In this document: positions 48,901 through 61,338 of the stretch, in pieces
Numbering within the stretch: position 1 is the first letter of the stretch
Layout of the letters: each line of letters starts with the position of its first letter
Assembly: GCA_964276515.1 (NCBI GenBank)
Contig: OZ193909.1
Coordinates: 2,666,001-2,730,000 of the forward strand
DNA length: 64,000 bases
Source: Gordius albopunctatus
Taxonomy: Eukaryota
Direction of reading: 5' to 3'
The notes under the pieces: model-generated
Database searches by the model: none
What the model was told of the DNA's origin: nothing
Seen by the model: the letters and a program-made list of their open reading frames with translations, nothing else
Program-made: the position numbers and the translations under genes

Positions 48901-51151
48901 AGCAATTTTTACAACACTAGTAAACTGCCCCACAACAACGATCATGCTTATTTTGAACGCGTTTATATTTATCATATTCAACGATGCGTTGAGCGTCACA
49001 ATTTACAATAATACCTGCCATTTGCCAAGCTATTATTTTGAGCCTGGTCATTTTCAGTTGTTAAAAAGGCAGAGGCACAACATAGGACTACACATAAATA
49101 AAGAAAAGGTTTTTTGGGGTCTGTTGTTCTTAGTCGGCCTCTAGATTTAGTCGAAATTTGTAAAGTCAACCGTTTGTCTTAGGTGAACAGAGGTTGACCA
49201 AACTATACCAGTCACTTTTACAACTGGCAGATTATACAAAATATGGCACAAATGTGCGAAAAAAGAAGGGCCTTTTGGCTCATTTTCAGTTTTTTACTTT
49301 GAATGGAGAAATACTTTGTTATATATGGTAACTTTGTTTACTAAAAACTCTAAAATCTAATGTTGCTTCCTCAACATAATCTAAGGCTATTTTTACAACA
49401 AAAATTGAATAAATACACTATATGAGATAATGATGAAAATAAGAAGAAAAAATCGTTATTTTTGATTAAATTCCCCAAAATCTAAATATTTCAGTTACTT
49501 TTTTATCATGAAATAACTTGAGATTCTCGTAATTCAATATAATTTCGTATTTGTCAACACTTGGCCCATTAAGGATAATAGTTTTAGATTTCTTTAAAGC
49601 CAATATGTCTTTCTTCTTTTTGTTTATACATGTGACTACTTCAAAGAAAATTTTTTATCATTTTAAAATTTATAAAAATTAAATCTTGAAATTTTTAATT
49701 ACCTAATTACTTTGCAAAGTTTTTGGCGTGGTACACTTTACATAGCAGATGGAGGAGAACCACTTAGTTTAATTTAATAATACTAGTTTACATTACCGAA
49801 AAATCAACAAATTTGTGAACTACTCTTTATACTTACAGACAGCAAACATTTAAACATCGCTTGTTACCAAATTAATAGAAACTAATTGATTATTATTATT
49901 GATTTTTAGGGAAAAGATGGAGCTTATAACAAGATAAATTAAGTCAGCCTCACAAAAATTGGAAAAACTTGCATCTTATCATATTTGGGTCAATAATGTA
50001 TACCACACACATAATTCTAAAAAACTGCAAACTTAAATCTATAAATTATAGTTATAAGTCAAATTTGCTTGGTGCCTTATATTATTCAAAATTATTTAAA
50101 TGTGTAAAATGAAATTATATTAGGCAGAAATAAATTTGAATATTTGAAAGGTAAAAATAAATAAGTAAATGGTTTAAAAATTACCTTATAGAGTAACACA
50201 AGAGCAACCATGTGGAAAGTGGTAATCAAATTATTTAACTATGATAATAATTTTCATCAACAATATTAAAATTTGGTTTTGATAAACATTTTACATTTCT
50301 TACTAATTTATTTATGGGAATAGTTGAGAGCCATTAAAATATGTTGGGATTACTATTAAATTTTGTCAAAATATTCTTTAAAAGTGTCAAAATCTTATCT
50401 GTTACATTACGTTGATATGTTAGAGGGGTGTATTCTTGCTTGATGTTAAACAATTAGGTTATTTGGTATAATAATTTTAATGAATGCTTAAGATAACAAT
50501 TGTCTTGGCTTATAACACCAAAAAATAACAGCCGTATCTTTGTACAATAATTTGTCACACTAGCCACTTTAAAAAAATCCATCATTTGAATTACTTTGCA
50601 TTATAAATAATTGCTTATTGATATGGTAGGAAAAGCTATTATTATAAATCTGAATTTTTTTGGAAAAAATATAAAACATTAATTTCAGCAAAAGTTAAAT
50701 ATAAGTTTAAGCTAAATAAATAGTATTCATATGACACAATTATATTTTAAAAATTAGGAACTTATAGTATAATAGTAATGGCAAAAACCTTTGCCAAATA
50801 TTATCTAATATGACCTTTATATTCTCCTATAAAATTTGTTACATGATATATTAATTTCAATATATGACAAAATCAGTAAATTAATCAATTCTTTTTAGTA
50901 TATCCTGTTATATAAATGTAAGATAATATAATTTAGATTAATTTAGTTAATTAATATGGTAAAAATGCACATATTGAATTTATCAAAAATTTATAACGAA
51001 CCTCAAATAAGCTGAGTAACAACTTGACGAACAATCTTCTAAACCCATAAGATTTATCCGCAGAAGTAATCAGGATTACAAGAAAAAAACATATCACAAT
51101 AGGAGATAATCCTATTGCCAAAATAGGAGCAAATAAACGAGCTGCAATCAT
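36915..51151 (-). CDS. GPAT4: Glycerol-3-phosphate acyltransferase, GPAT3/GPAT4 family, 13 exons: 51151-51002, 45917-45665, 42894-42575, 41941-41899, 41752-41698, 41003-40938, 40863-40789, 40700-40611, 38974-38709, 38049-37964, 37773-37645, 37289-37210, 37002-36915
   Basis: The spliced open frame has an N-terminal hydrophobic segment plus SYGFRRLFVKLLL, IIEDEVTQRF..ELPSWNLLTRTN, GICVANHTSPID, HVWFERSE, LIFPEGTCINNTSVMMFKKG, YDARFGDPFW and GGLVDLDWDG. All introns are GT-AG with consistent phases. GPAT3 versus GPAT4 cannot be resolved. Confidence 0.93.
39137..40082 (+). mobile_element. 5'-truncated RTE LINE in GPAT intron 8
   Basis: Same RT motifs as 33938-34972 and a (GAA)n tail; about 85 bp are deleted near 39975 relative to the other copy. 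Confidence 0.9.
43540..43883 (+). mobile_element. 3' fragment of the same RTE family
   Basis: Matches 34630-34950 (aagctcgaccatatg, gacaaaaatgggtattcaa, gtgtcacgtgga, caaaccccac...gtgggaccaaata). Confidence 0.8.
43892..44094. mobile_element. hAT-like MITE family C copy
   Basis: Perfect TSD ctggatag at 43884-43891 and 44095-44102; TIR tagagttgttaaattgctaactttcttcaa / ttgaagaaagttagcaatttaacaactcta. Confidence 0.9.
44622..44770. mobile_element. hAT-like MITE family A copy
   Basis: Perfect TSD ctaggctt at 44614-44621 and 44771-44778; ends catgggtgtagc / gctacactcatg. Confidence 0.85.
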
Positions 51152-51939
51152 ATTTAAGTCATGATAGCCACAACATCTGACAAATTAATGCGAGTATCAA
51201 AAAATTTTAGGATATCAGTTTTTCATAGAAATATAAATTTTTTTGTGATTTTCATTTTTTAAAATATTAATTAACTCTTTTTTCCATAACCTAGAATCAT
51301 TTAAACAAGCGGGGCCCCTAATTTTTTGAATCATTCAGCAATCATATAAGTGTATTAATTTAATAGTATTGATAGGGCAAGTTTTAGATAATTTTAAAGT
51401 AAGGTATTTTTTAAACGATTATCGCTAGGACTTGCTAAATTTGTGGTATTAGTTAAATTATAAAATTTTATGAGCAAGCGAGGGATAAAAAGTTTGCTTA
51501 TGTCCATATATTCGGGATTAGTAAAACAAAATTATAAGAAAAATATAATTTTAATTAATAAATATATCATCATATTTTCACTTCTCTACATTAGTATCAG
51601 CGTCTATTTGAATTAATAATTTAAGGACGAAATGCAAGAAAACGACTTAAGTTAGAATAGAAGTTTTTGCCTCCATTTATTTGGTTTACCAAGAGATCTT
51701 TTTAAGTGTAGAGAGGTAATTGGAGTGGGAAGTGCCTCCGGGGATACGTTAATTACCGAATTGTAGAAGTTAGTAGTAATGCCTCGAGTGTTAATAAAAT
51801 TACCGTTAATTGTTTGTAACTTATATATTCGTTTGATATACACGATTTAGCCACTTACTATTTTCTTACTATTGTGATATCCATTCGTAACGTGTTTTGG
51901 AGATTATTTCCCTGCTCTCAACAGTGTCAACGTGGGGAA

Positions 51940-54900
51940 AAACCTACGCGGAAATGCAGAAGTATAAAATAACGGAGAACATCGACGCTTTTATAACGAG
52001 CCTGAGACAGACGAGCAAAAAGCGACTCTGCTATTGACCAGCCTCGATGGGGAGACATTCCAATTAATTTTAGAGGACTATAGACCTCAAGATTTGACAA
52101 GAATTGTTTATGAAGAGACTAAAAATCGGCTAAGAAAATTATTCCAGAGAAATTTAGGCGCAAGGGCAAAGAGGTATGAATTCTCAAAGGTTCGACAAGG
52201 CCAGGGAAAGACGATAGACACGTACGCAGATAGACTCAAGCCAGGATATAACAGCTGCAACTTCGGAAACGAAGAATTGCAGAACAGGATTGTTGTCCAA
52301 TTCATTATAGGATTACGCGATAGAAGCTTACAGGCAAAGCTGTTGACAGAAAATGACATCAAATGGACCACCTACGAGAGCTGGCATTAACGGTCGAGAC
52401 GATAAATGGGGGGACTAAGCAACTTGCAAGACGGGTCCGAAGAGGCGTGGAAGCGTGGCCTGGGCCGCTCCGGATTACCAGGTTAAACCATGCTTTAGAT
52501 GTGTTAACAGTAGATATATATATTAATAATGAGCCAGAAATACCTTGTAGTGGTGGTTGAGCTTGTGTACTCTCGTGATCCAAGAAGCTATACCTTTGGT
52601 ACACAATTTTTATGTTTGTTACTGGTGGGGTCACCCTATTGGCAAGGTTCTTGGTGAAGAGTCAGACTAAGATTTCTGGGCTTTTTGAGGGAGTACTTAG
52701 TGAAATGGAAGTGCTAGATTAAGCCTATAAATACGAGTGGTCTAAAGAAAAGTTTAATTCACCAAAATGACTGCATCATAAAGAATAGTAGGAAGTCAAG
52801 CACCAAAATCTAACATAGTTCCGTCAGGCTTGGAAGGCCGGGATATCAATACTCCCTCATTCCATATAAACCAAAATGTATACTACAACAAAGACGCAGA
52901 ATGAAAACCATAGGGCGTCCCCCTTAAGCGACGCGCGCATTCTTCGCCTGGAATGTGTGGGAAATAAACGAAGGCTACCGCTCTCTCAACAAACGCAAGC
53001 GGTTAAAGACATTAGTTTGCGTAGGATAAAGTTCGGGTCATGGAATATTGGTACAATGACTAGCAAGAGCAGAGAATTGACAGATGTTCTAAGGAGGAGA
53101 AAAATCGATATCGCTTGTATACAAGAGACCAAATGGAAGGGCGAAAAAGCAAAATACATAGGTGACGGATACAAATTATATTTTTACGGTACAGAAACTC
53201 ACCGGAATGGCATCGGTATAGTTCTATACAATGGAGGAAACTAAAGGATAATATTCAACATTTTCAGGAACAAGTAATTAAACATGCTGAATTTAAGGGA
53301 AATACTTCATGTGAGGATCAATGGAATGGTATAGCTGCCACAATGCGAAAAGCGGGACGACAAATACTAGGTGAAAGCAAGCCCACTAAAAGAATTCTCA
53401 AGGAGACATGGTGGTGGAATGAAGAAGTGCAAAAATGTATCAAGGAAAAGAAGAGATTGTACAAAGTTTGGTATAAAAGCAAGGATAGTAATGATAAGCA
53501 AGCTTACCAAGTAGCTAAAAGATCGGCTAAAAAATTCGTAGCGAAAGCTAAAAACAAGGTGTACGACGATATAAATGTAAAACTAAACTCAAAGGAAGGA
53601 GAAAGATTGATCTACAAAATCGCAAAGTCAAGGGCCCGAAATTCTAAAGATTACCTAGAATGCCGGCTAATTAAGGGTCAAAAGGGAGAAATACTAACGC
53701 ACGACAGCCATATACTACAAAGATGGTACGACTATTATAGCGATTTATCAATTGAAAAGGGGCCCGCAGTCGAAGACACTAACGAGGAAAATACAATAGG
53801 AGAATTAAACACAGCGGACTGGATCACGGAAACGGAAGTGAAAGTTGCTATGGGTAAACTAAAATCAGGAAAAGCTCTTGGACCCGACAATATACCAATA
53901 GAGGGCTTTAAAGCGTTAGGCAATACTGGTGCACAATTCCTCGCCAACCTTTTCAACAATATCTTGAAAACGGGTAAAATGCCTGACGAGTGGAGGGATA
54001 GCTACATGATCCCGATATACAAAATGAAAGGGGACATTCAGGATTGCAACAATTACAGATGGATAAAGCTTATGAGTCACAACTTCAAGGTGTGGGAAAA
54101 AATGATCGAAAAACGGCTTCGGAGTATGGTTCAAATTCGAGATAACCAATTCGGATTTATGCCGGAGAGGTCTACAGCAGACGCCCTAAACAGTGTTAGA
54201 AGATTAATGGAACGGCTTAAAGAAAGGGAAGAGGATTTGCACATGTGTTTCATCGATCTAGAAAAAGCGTTCGATAAAGTTCCTCGTAATTTAGTTTGGA
54301 AATGTCTTGAAGAAAGCAATGTGCCAGAAGCATACGTCAGAGCAATAAAGGATATGTACAAGAGAAATAAAACGTATGTTAGAACAACGGTGGGGACTAC
54401 AAAGGGATTCGCCATTAATACTGGAGTCCATCAAGGTTCAGCTCTTAGTCCCTTCCTATTCATAATGATAATGGATAATATTAACAAGGATTTGGGCGAG
54501 GAAGCTCCTTGGGCAATGATCTTTGCAGACGATATAATTCTCTGTGCCAAAAGTGAACAAGAATTGGCTAATACTGTAAATAGATGGGTAAATGCAATAG
54601 AAGAAAGTGGTCTCAGGGTAAATCGAAAGAAAACAGAATACATGAAGACAAAGTTTAAATCGGATGAAAACCAGCAAAGTGCAACCCTTACTTTAGGCGA
54701 TTGGCAACTTACAAGTGTGGATTCCTTCAAATATTTAGGATCAACACTTCAATCGGATGGTGGAATGGATAAAGAAATCCAAGCAAGGATAAATTCCGGA
54801 TGGCTCAAGTGGAGGGACTTGACAGGTGTTCTGTGCGACAAGAACATCCCGAGAAGACTGAAAGGCGCACTGTATAAATCCATCATACAGCCAACAGTCC

Positions 54901-56437
54901 TGTATAGCTCGGAATCATGGGCTATACGTAAAAGAGACGAGCAACGTCTTGCGACGATGGAGATGAGAATGCTAAGATGGGTGCTAGGAGTAAGCAAAAA
55001 GGACCATAGGCGAAATGAAGAAATAAGAAGAATTTTGGGTACTACATCAATTGCGACAAAGCTCTTAACAAATAGACTAAGATGGTATGGCCATGTCGAA
55101 AGAAGGGACGATAGCTACGTAGGAAAGAAAATCGAGATGATAAATTTCGCAGGAAAACGAAAGTGAGGAAGATCCAAGCTTACCTGGATTCATAAAATAC
55201 GGCATGATATGAAAGTCCAGAAGATAAAGAAAGAGCTATGTAAACATAGAAACAAATGGAAACGAATGCTGAAAGGACTGACCACCAGCCTAGGTGACAA
55301 GCAGTCATAGAAAGAAGAAGAAGAAGAATGAGTTGTTCCAATATATCTTCTATACGGCCGCCAAGGTATCGATAACACCGGCGCGAAGATGGGCGAAGGA
55401 GATCCCACGCAACAAAGAGCCCGTCCCCACAGTGTACGCATACGGCCACGAGAAAATAAAGATTGTAGACTAGGTGCAAGCCGATGTTCGAATGGGTAAC
55501 GCAAGAAAATAACTGTCGTTATTGTTAGCAGACGTAGCTTGGCCGCCGTTGTGCGGGATCGATTGGATTCAAGAATTCGACCCCAAAATTTGGGTACAAA
55601 TACGTAACTCGAGAGCTGCGACGGAACGATTCGTGGTCAATTACATGTAAAGACCGAAGGATACCAAGTCCGCGATTCAGCACGTTATGAAGAAATCGGA
55701 TGGCCAGCCCAGCGAAAGGAATTCTCAAAAGCGGTCAAGGGAATAATGGTGAAAGTACCGTTAAAAAAGGGCATAGATCACGTATTTATCCAAGCACGAA
55801 GGTTGCCGATGTCGTGGAAGAAAAAAGTAGACGAAGAGCTGAATAAATGGGTCAGAGACGGGGTAATAGAACAAATCAATTTCTCAAGATGCGCCAGTCC
55901 AGTGTTAACCGTAAAAAAAGCGATGGGAGTCTAAGATTATGCATCGATTACCGGTTTACGATAAATAAATACGCACAAGTTTTTTGTACCCCTTACCCAA
56001 AATCGATGATTTGTTAAATAAACTCGATAACGCGTGTTGTTTTACGAAGCTTGACATAACTAAAGCGTACCTAAAGTTTGAATTAGGTCCAGAGACGAGC
56101 CAACGATTGACTATCTCCAAACACAAAGGTTTTTTAAAAGTTAGCCATATACCGTTTGACTTAAATTGTGCCGCGGCTATTTTCCAAAAAAACAATTGAT
56201 CAAATATTAGGAGGCATGGAGCGAGTAGCGGTATACATCGACGATATACTAATTGCAGGGAAAACGGAAGAAATAAACAACGAGCGGCTACTCAAAGTAC
56301 TAGAAACGTTACAAAAGTGGGTGTTTGTGCCAAAAATTTCCAGGAGCATCTTGTGGGCTAAGGAAGTTATATTTTTGGGATACATAATAAGTAACAAGGA
56401 AGTTACGCATAGCCATAGGCCTCCGTCTCGGATGTGA
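51940..56437 (+). mobile_element. Heavily decayed Ty3/gypsy element (gag and pol fragments) interrupted by an RTE LINE
   Basis: Gag-like ORF 52034-52390 (RYEFSKVRQGQG..IDTYADRL...QFIIGLRD). RT pieces at 55746-56437 (ASPVLTVKK, YPLPKIDDLL, FTKLDITKAY, YIDDILI, FLGYII). Confidence 0.8.
52534..55328 (+). mobile_element. RTE LINE retaining its 5' UTR; endonuclease partly deleted, RT ORF open
   Basis: APE start GSWNIGTM...IACIQETKWKG (52876-53244). The RT ORF 53343-55166 has ETWWW, QFGFMP, FIDLEKAFDKVPR, GVHQGSALSP and FADD. It ends in a (GAA)n tail at 55313-55328. A possible short TSD aatgag lies at 52528-52533 and 55327-55332. Confidence 0.92.
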
Positions 56438-56439
56438 CA

Positions 56440-56900
56440 TATTATCCCCTTTTGTTTGCGATCTCTGCAAACAGTCGGTCCAACCCAATAGTCATCATCC
56501 CCTCCATTGCAAATACAGCAAAGGCCGCAACCTGAGGCACAGGGCGATCAACAAAATTATCGGCAAGTACCTTAGTAAGGCTGGCTACCCAAACACCTGG
56601 GAGCCCCTCGGACTTAGCACCACCGACGGGAAAAGACCAGACGGTGTCACACTCATCCCATGGTCCTGTGGGCTGAATCAAACTTGGGACTTCACCACGG
56701 TCGACATATTTGCCATATCCAACTTCTCTCCCGACCTTATAGTCAGTGCAGAGAATAGGAAGACAACCAAATATTTGTCCCTCGCGAACATATTCATTTC
56801 CATAGTTGCAACCACAAATGGAAATTTAGGCGCTAAAGCTCTCGCTCTCTTGAAACAAATTGGAAAAAGTATCTCAAGCGTCTCATTAGATTTGAAATAG
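56440..56900 (+). mobile_element. CRE-like LINE endonuclease fragment
   Basis: The plus strand reads HHPLHCKYSKGRNLRHRAIN, then after a frameshift DGKRPDGVTLIPWSCGLNQTWDFTTVD. Confidence 0.75.
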
Positions 56901-57256
56901 TACTTTTTTATCAGGGAATTGGGTGGATGCAAAACCCAGGCTAAACCTAAAAGGTTTTAGGTTAGGTTGTTTTAAAACATTGAGGTTTTAAATTAACCTT
57001 ACCTAGAACCTCAGGCTTGTGTATTTAATCCCCGGCTAAATTGAATAGTAATTTGTTTTAATCATTAATAGAAAATTTTGGAGAAAAAAACAAAAAATAG
57101 ACTTGGTCAAACTTTTGGGTTTTAAGCCCTTTATTTTTTTACTATGGAAAATTGGGAATTAAAAAAAAATATTAGTCTATGGTTTTAATGGTACCAAAAA
57201 AATTTGTACCTACCGATATGTTGTCTATGTGATGTTAAAACGTTTTTGTATTAATG

Positions 57257-58497
57257 CTTGCCTAAGAAAATAATTCTCATGATCTCTCTACTCTACGAAA
57301 ACATGAAACTAGTTATCTCCCACCTCCACCACAAATCGAAACCCTTACCAGTAACATCTGGTGTCAGGCAAGGCTGTGCGCTGTCCCCTCTCCTCTTTAT
57401 AATTGCGATGGATCTAATAATGAAGAGATCCACACTTCCGACAGATGGTATCAAACTAAACGGCACTACTCTATCATCCCTGTTGTTCGCAGACGACATT
57501 TGTCTAGTGGCCCCTTCTATCTCCAAAGCACAACTAATGTTAGACAGGTTCAGCATCCAAGCCAAGCAAGCAGGACTCCTCATAAACCCCGACAAATGCT
57601 CTATGATATGCATAAACGATCCCTCGAACTCTACTCTGGTAATCAACAACATCGTAATAAATGCATCTCAAAAAGTCCGATATTTGGGAGTGGAGCTTAC
57701 TCCAGATACCTACGCCGAAGCGGATGCCGAATCGAAGCTCCGCCGGACCATGGTCAAATTCTACTCTTGCTCGGTGATATGGCGCTCACGTCAGCTGACG
57801 CTCCAGACGCGTTTGAGGATTTTCAAAGTCACGTTCCTACCAATCCTCCTATACGGTTGCGAATCTTGGTCGCTGAAGGCTCCTAGCTTAAAGAAACTGC
57901 AAGTCAGTCTTAATAAAATGCTACGTATCGTTTGCCGGATATTTTATCCGTTGAGAATAACCAACGAGGATCTATGGGTGCGTTGCAAAATCGCTCCAAT
58001 TAAAAATATTCTACTCGCGAGAAAATGGGGTTTTTTGGCTAATCAAGTGCGGAGGAAGGGAACCAACTACTGTCTATCTTCCCTGTTCTGGTGTCCACCT
58101 CAGCTAAAAGGTCGCAAATGCAATGGCAGCTGGCTTTACAAGATGTTCCGCGATGTCCAAACAATGGGCCATGATTGGAATTCATTGCTGCCCATCATGC
58201 AAGACAGGAAACGTTGGAAAGACTTCTCAAAGAACAAATTATTGCGGCTCCCCCAGTAAGGATCTTCTCACGCACTATTCATTTACGACCTTGCATTAAA
58301 GGCTTTACATTACTTTCAAGTCAACAGGTATTACATATTTACATGTCATAATTACACTGCATGTTAATCATTTTTTTACAGCCTACTTACACACGTTATC
58401 ACTAACGTGGCCTGATGCGCCATTTGGCGTTAGAAGGGGCTCAACCTTAGATTGCACTAACTAAGCTCTTAGGCGTCTTCGCGGCAAACTTACTTAC
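57257..58497 (+). mobile_element. 5'-truncated LINE with intact RT C-terminal ORF, (ACTT)n tail and 14-bp TSD
   Basis: ORF 57258-58259 has GVRQGCALSPLLF, LLFADD and ILLYGCESW. The tail is aacttacttac. TSD tttttgtattaatg lies at 57243-57256 and 58498-58511. Confidence 0.92.
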
Positions 58498-58508
58498 TTT
58501 TTGTATTA

Positions 58509-59719
58509 ATGGAAACATTTTCTGTAGAGGCTGATAAATCCTTATTTAGCAAAAAGAATCATTCCTTGTTAAGGGAATTACAGTTACAAGAAATTGAAAT
58601 GATATCTAATATGTATAAAGATGAGGTTAAGGAAATTAAAGGAGTTTCTGAATATAAGAATGATCGAAAATTTTTGACCCCATTTTCTGTTTGTCTTATA
58701 TTCATGGAATATACTGTAAGACATGACTAAGAAATTTATTAATTTATCAGAGCCCATATGAAATTCATATAGAGGTGCCTATTGATTACCCCAAAAGAAA
58801 TGTCATTCCACTTTTATCCATTTTTTCTAACTATTTGTCTCAAAAATCCTCCAAACTATTATATCAAAATCTTAGGGAGCAAATTGAAGCTTTGGCCTTT
58901 AATGATGATTTTAAAATTATACCCTTAATTCAATGGATAAATGCAAATATAACTACTTATATACAACAAGGTAATCTTTATTACCTTGTATAGAGCCTTC
59001 CATGGATAACATTTTTAGTTAAACTATTATCTTGTTAATATTTTTAAACAAACAATTTTGTAACTAGAGAAAATAAAAAGTAACTATGGTTGGCTTTAGA
59101 ATTATTCACATTTCAAGATTTTGTATTCTACGCTTTAAATTTTTTTCATATATTTTTTTGATAAAAATTAACATCCAAGTAATAATTTTTAGATCCTATT
59201 GATCAACCAAAAATTGAAAAAATATTGAAGGATAATGCACTAGCACGTTATTGGATATATAGTCATCATATTTATAATATGGAAAAAAGAAAGAATATAA
59301 TGGCTGAAACGAAAGATGCAGGTCTTACAGGATTTGTCTTACCTGGTAAACCTGGAATTATATGTGTAGAAGGGTATAGAGATTTGTGTCAACAATTTTG
59401 GGTCACTATAAAATCATGGAATTGGCAGAAGATTGTTATAAAACATGAAGAGCATTCTGATGGAAAGAAGGAGCGAGATAAATTTCAACTTTTTAAGAAC
59501 TTTCAAGAACTCAACTTCAATAGACTTGATTTAAATGAATTGGTTGCTTATGAAGAGAAATTAGGTTGCAATGTTTCACAAAAACATATGGTAGTTTTTA
59601 ATAAGCCATCTACTAGCAACAAGCATAATAAATTTCATAATGATAAGGGACAATTTGCACAATATTTAAAAATGCATAATTGTGAATACATTATACCAAT
59701 ATTATTTAATTTAAATTGA
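58509..59719 (+). CDS. RWDD2: RWD domain-containing protein 2-like (RWD plus DUF1115-type C-terminus); exons 58509-58715, 58751-58970, 59193-59719
   Basis: ELQLQEIEMISNMY and PIDYP (RWD); RYWIYSHHIY, GLTGFVLPGKPGIICVEG and FW..IKSWNWQKI. GT-AG introns have consistent phases. Confidence 0.87.
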
Positions 59720-60232
59720 TTTCTTAAGTAAATTTGTTACATTTATTATGCAAAAAGGGAACTTTTTAATTATTTATTATACTTTATTTGAATAAACATC
59801 TGTGGGAATTTGTTGTAGGTGAATACAAGTGGTGTAAAAGTTTTTTAGTATACAAACAAGTTAATATAACAATTTTTTTATTTAAAAATAAATTATTTCC
59901 ACCATTTCTTTAGCATAAATTTGTTTGTAATTAATTAACTTAATGAACAGGTAATTGAACTAATGATTAATTATATGCCCTTCATTAACTGCTTGCCAAA
60001 ACTTTAAAAACAAGTTATGGTAGTCATGGCTTATTTTTTAAAGTAAAACTTTGCCACATTTTATATTTAATTTACATACCACTAAATAACATCCTCACAT
60101 TAAAATTGTTTAAACTTTATTAAAATTGTAACAACCAAAAATTTGAGGTATAAAATTTTTAAATCATCATTTATAAATATTTCTTTTGATTACTAAAAAA
60201 AGTGAGATGTTTGTGTAAAAGTTGATAAGATT

Positions 60233-60943
60233 TTATCTACAAAAGAAATAAAGAATTATCACAGAAAAAAGTAGTAAAAATTTAGGGAGCATTTGGATTT
60301 GAGAGCTACCATTGCACCCATCTTTATTACAACTACAAGCATGGATTTGGATTCCAGTTGATGTTATAGTTTGTTCACAACTTCCTGAAACTCCCCTGTT
60401 TGATTTAGCTGCACATCGTCGAATAATTGATTTCCAGGGACCCCATACTATTAATGTTTTCATTACATATTATCACATTAGTTAAATTCTAACTATCATT
60501 AGAAACATAGTTTTTTTGTAAAATTACCTGAATTCTAGAGGATCAAAATAAAAATCATAAATTAAACTTTAAGATAAAACTTTAGATCATTTGCCTAATC
60601 TAGAGTTTGTATTAATAATAAATTAGTATATAAAATTTTTAATTCAATCAAGAAAATAATTAAGCATTTACTTCCAGGGCTTTCTCTAACTTCTTTTAAA
60701 CAAAATAAACCAGGAGTGTGTGCCTCCACACCATTGCAATCAACAAGTTCATGCCGAGATGAATCAAAATCTCCCCAGACCCCGCAATATGGCATCCCCT
60801 TAGTAGCTGTTTTTTCATCTGAGCTACATTGGTAACATTTTATGGCATTTAATCCTAAAACAAAAAAGTTGAACAAAATATTTTAGAATATTACCATGAA
60901 ATCCTGAGATTAAAGTTCCAATAAAAAATAATAAATCTCTCAT
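60233..60943 (-). CDS. Ly6/uPAR three-finger protein, quiver/sleepless-like, probably GPI-anchored; exons 60943-60895, 60854-60672, 60447-60233
   Basis: Signal peptide MRDLLFFIGTLISGFHGLNA, then IKCYQCSS, internal cysteines, IIRRCA, CSCNKDGCN and a hydrophobic C-terminal tail. Phase-1 introns are consistent. Confidence 0.85.
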
Positions 60944-61338
60944 GCAGATAGTTGCAGGTAAAAATAAAGCAAAACGGTTAATTTGGTACAAATTCTTTTT
61001 GCAAACATTTTAACCTATTTAGTAAATATATAAATAGCTTAAATATAAATGGATTAGATATGTTATGTAACATTGTAAAATATGACGTTTTAGGCACCTA
61101 GACTAGATATAAGGTTCAACTATATAAGGATTAAATTTGTGATTGATTTGACTAAACGTTTAATGAAACTCAGAGCGCTTAATTTTATATTTATGTAATT
61201 TTAACCATAAATTATATATTCTAGTTTCTTTAAAGTTTTTCTAACATGTAAATAAATATCGAAATTTAAAAGGTGTTTTATGATAAATACATTTTTCGAG
61301 AAGTAAATATTAATAGGATAAAGTAATAATTACTTTAT

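Noticed and set aside
53735..55504. Antisense ORFs over the RTE (and similar ones over gypsy and TTF2)
   Set aside because: These are shadow frames of real coding sequence with no independent motifs.
60528..60534. 7-nt microexon (ag|AATTCAG|gt) in the Ly6 gene
   Set aside because: Inclusion shifts the frame; the flanking exons already join in phase.
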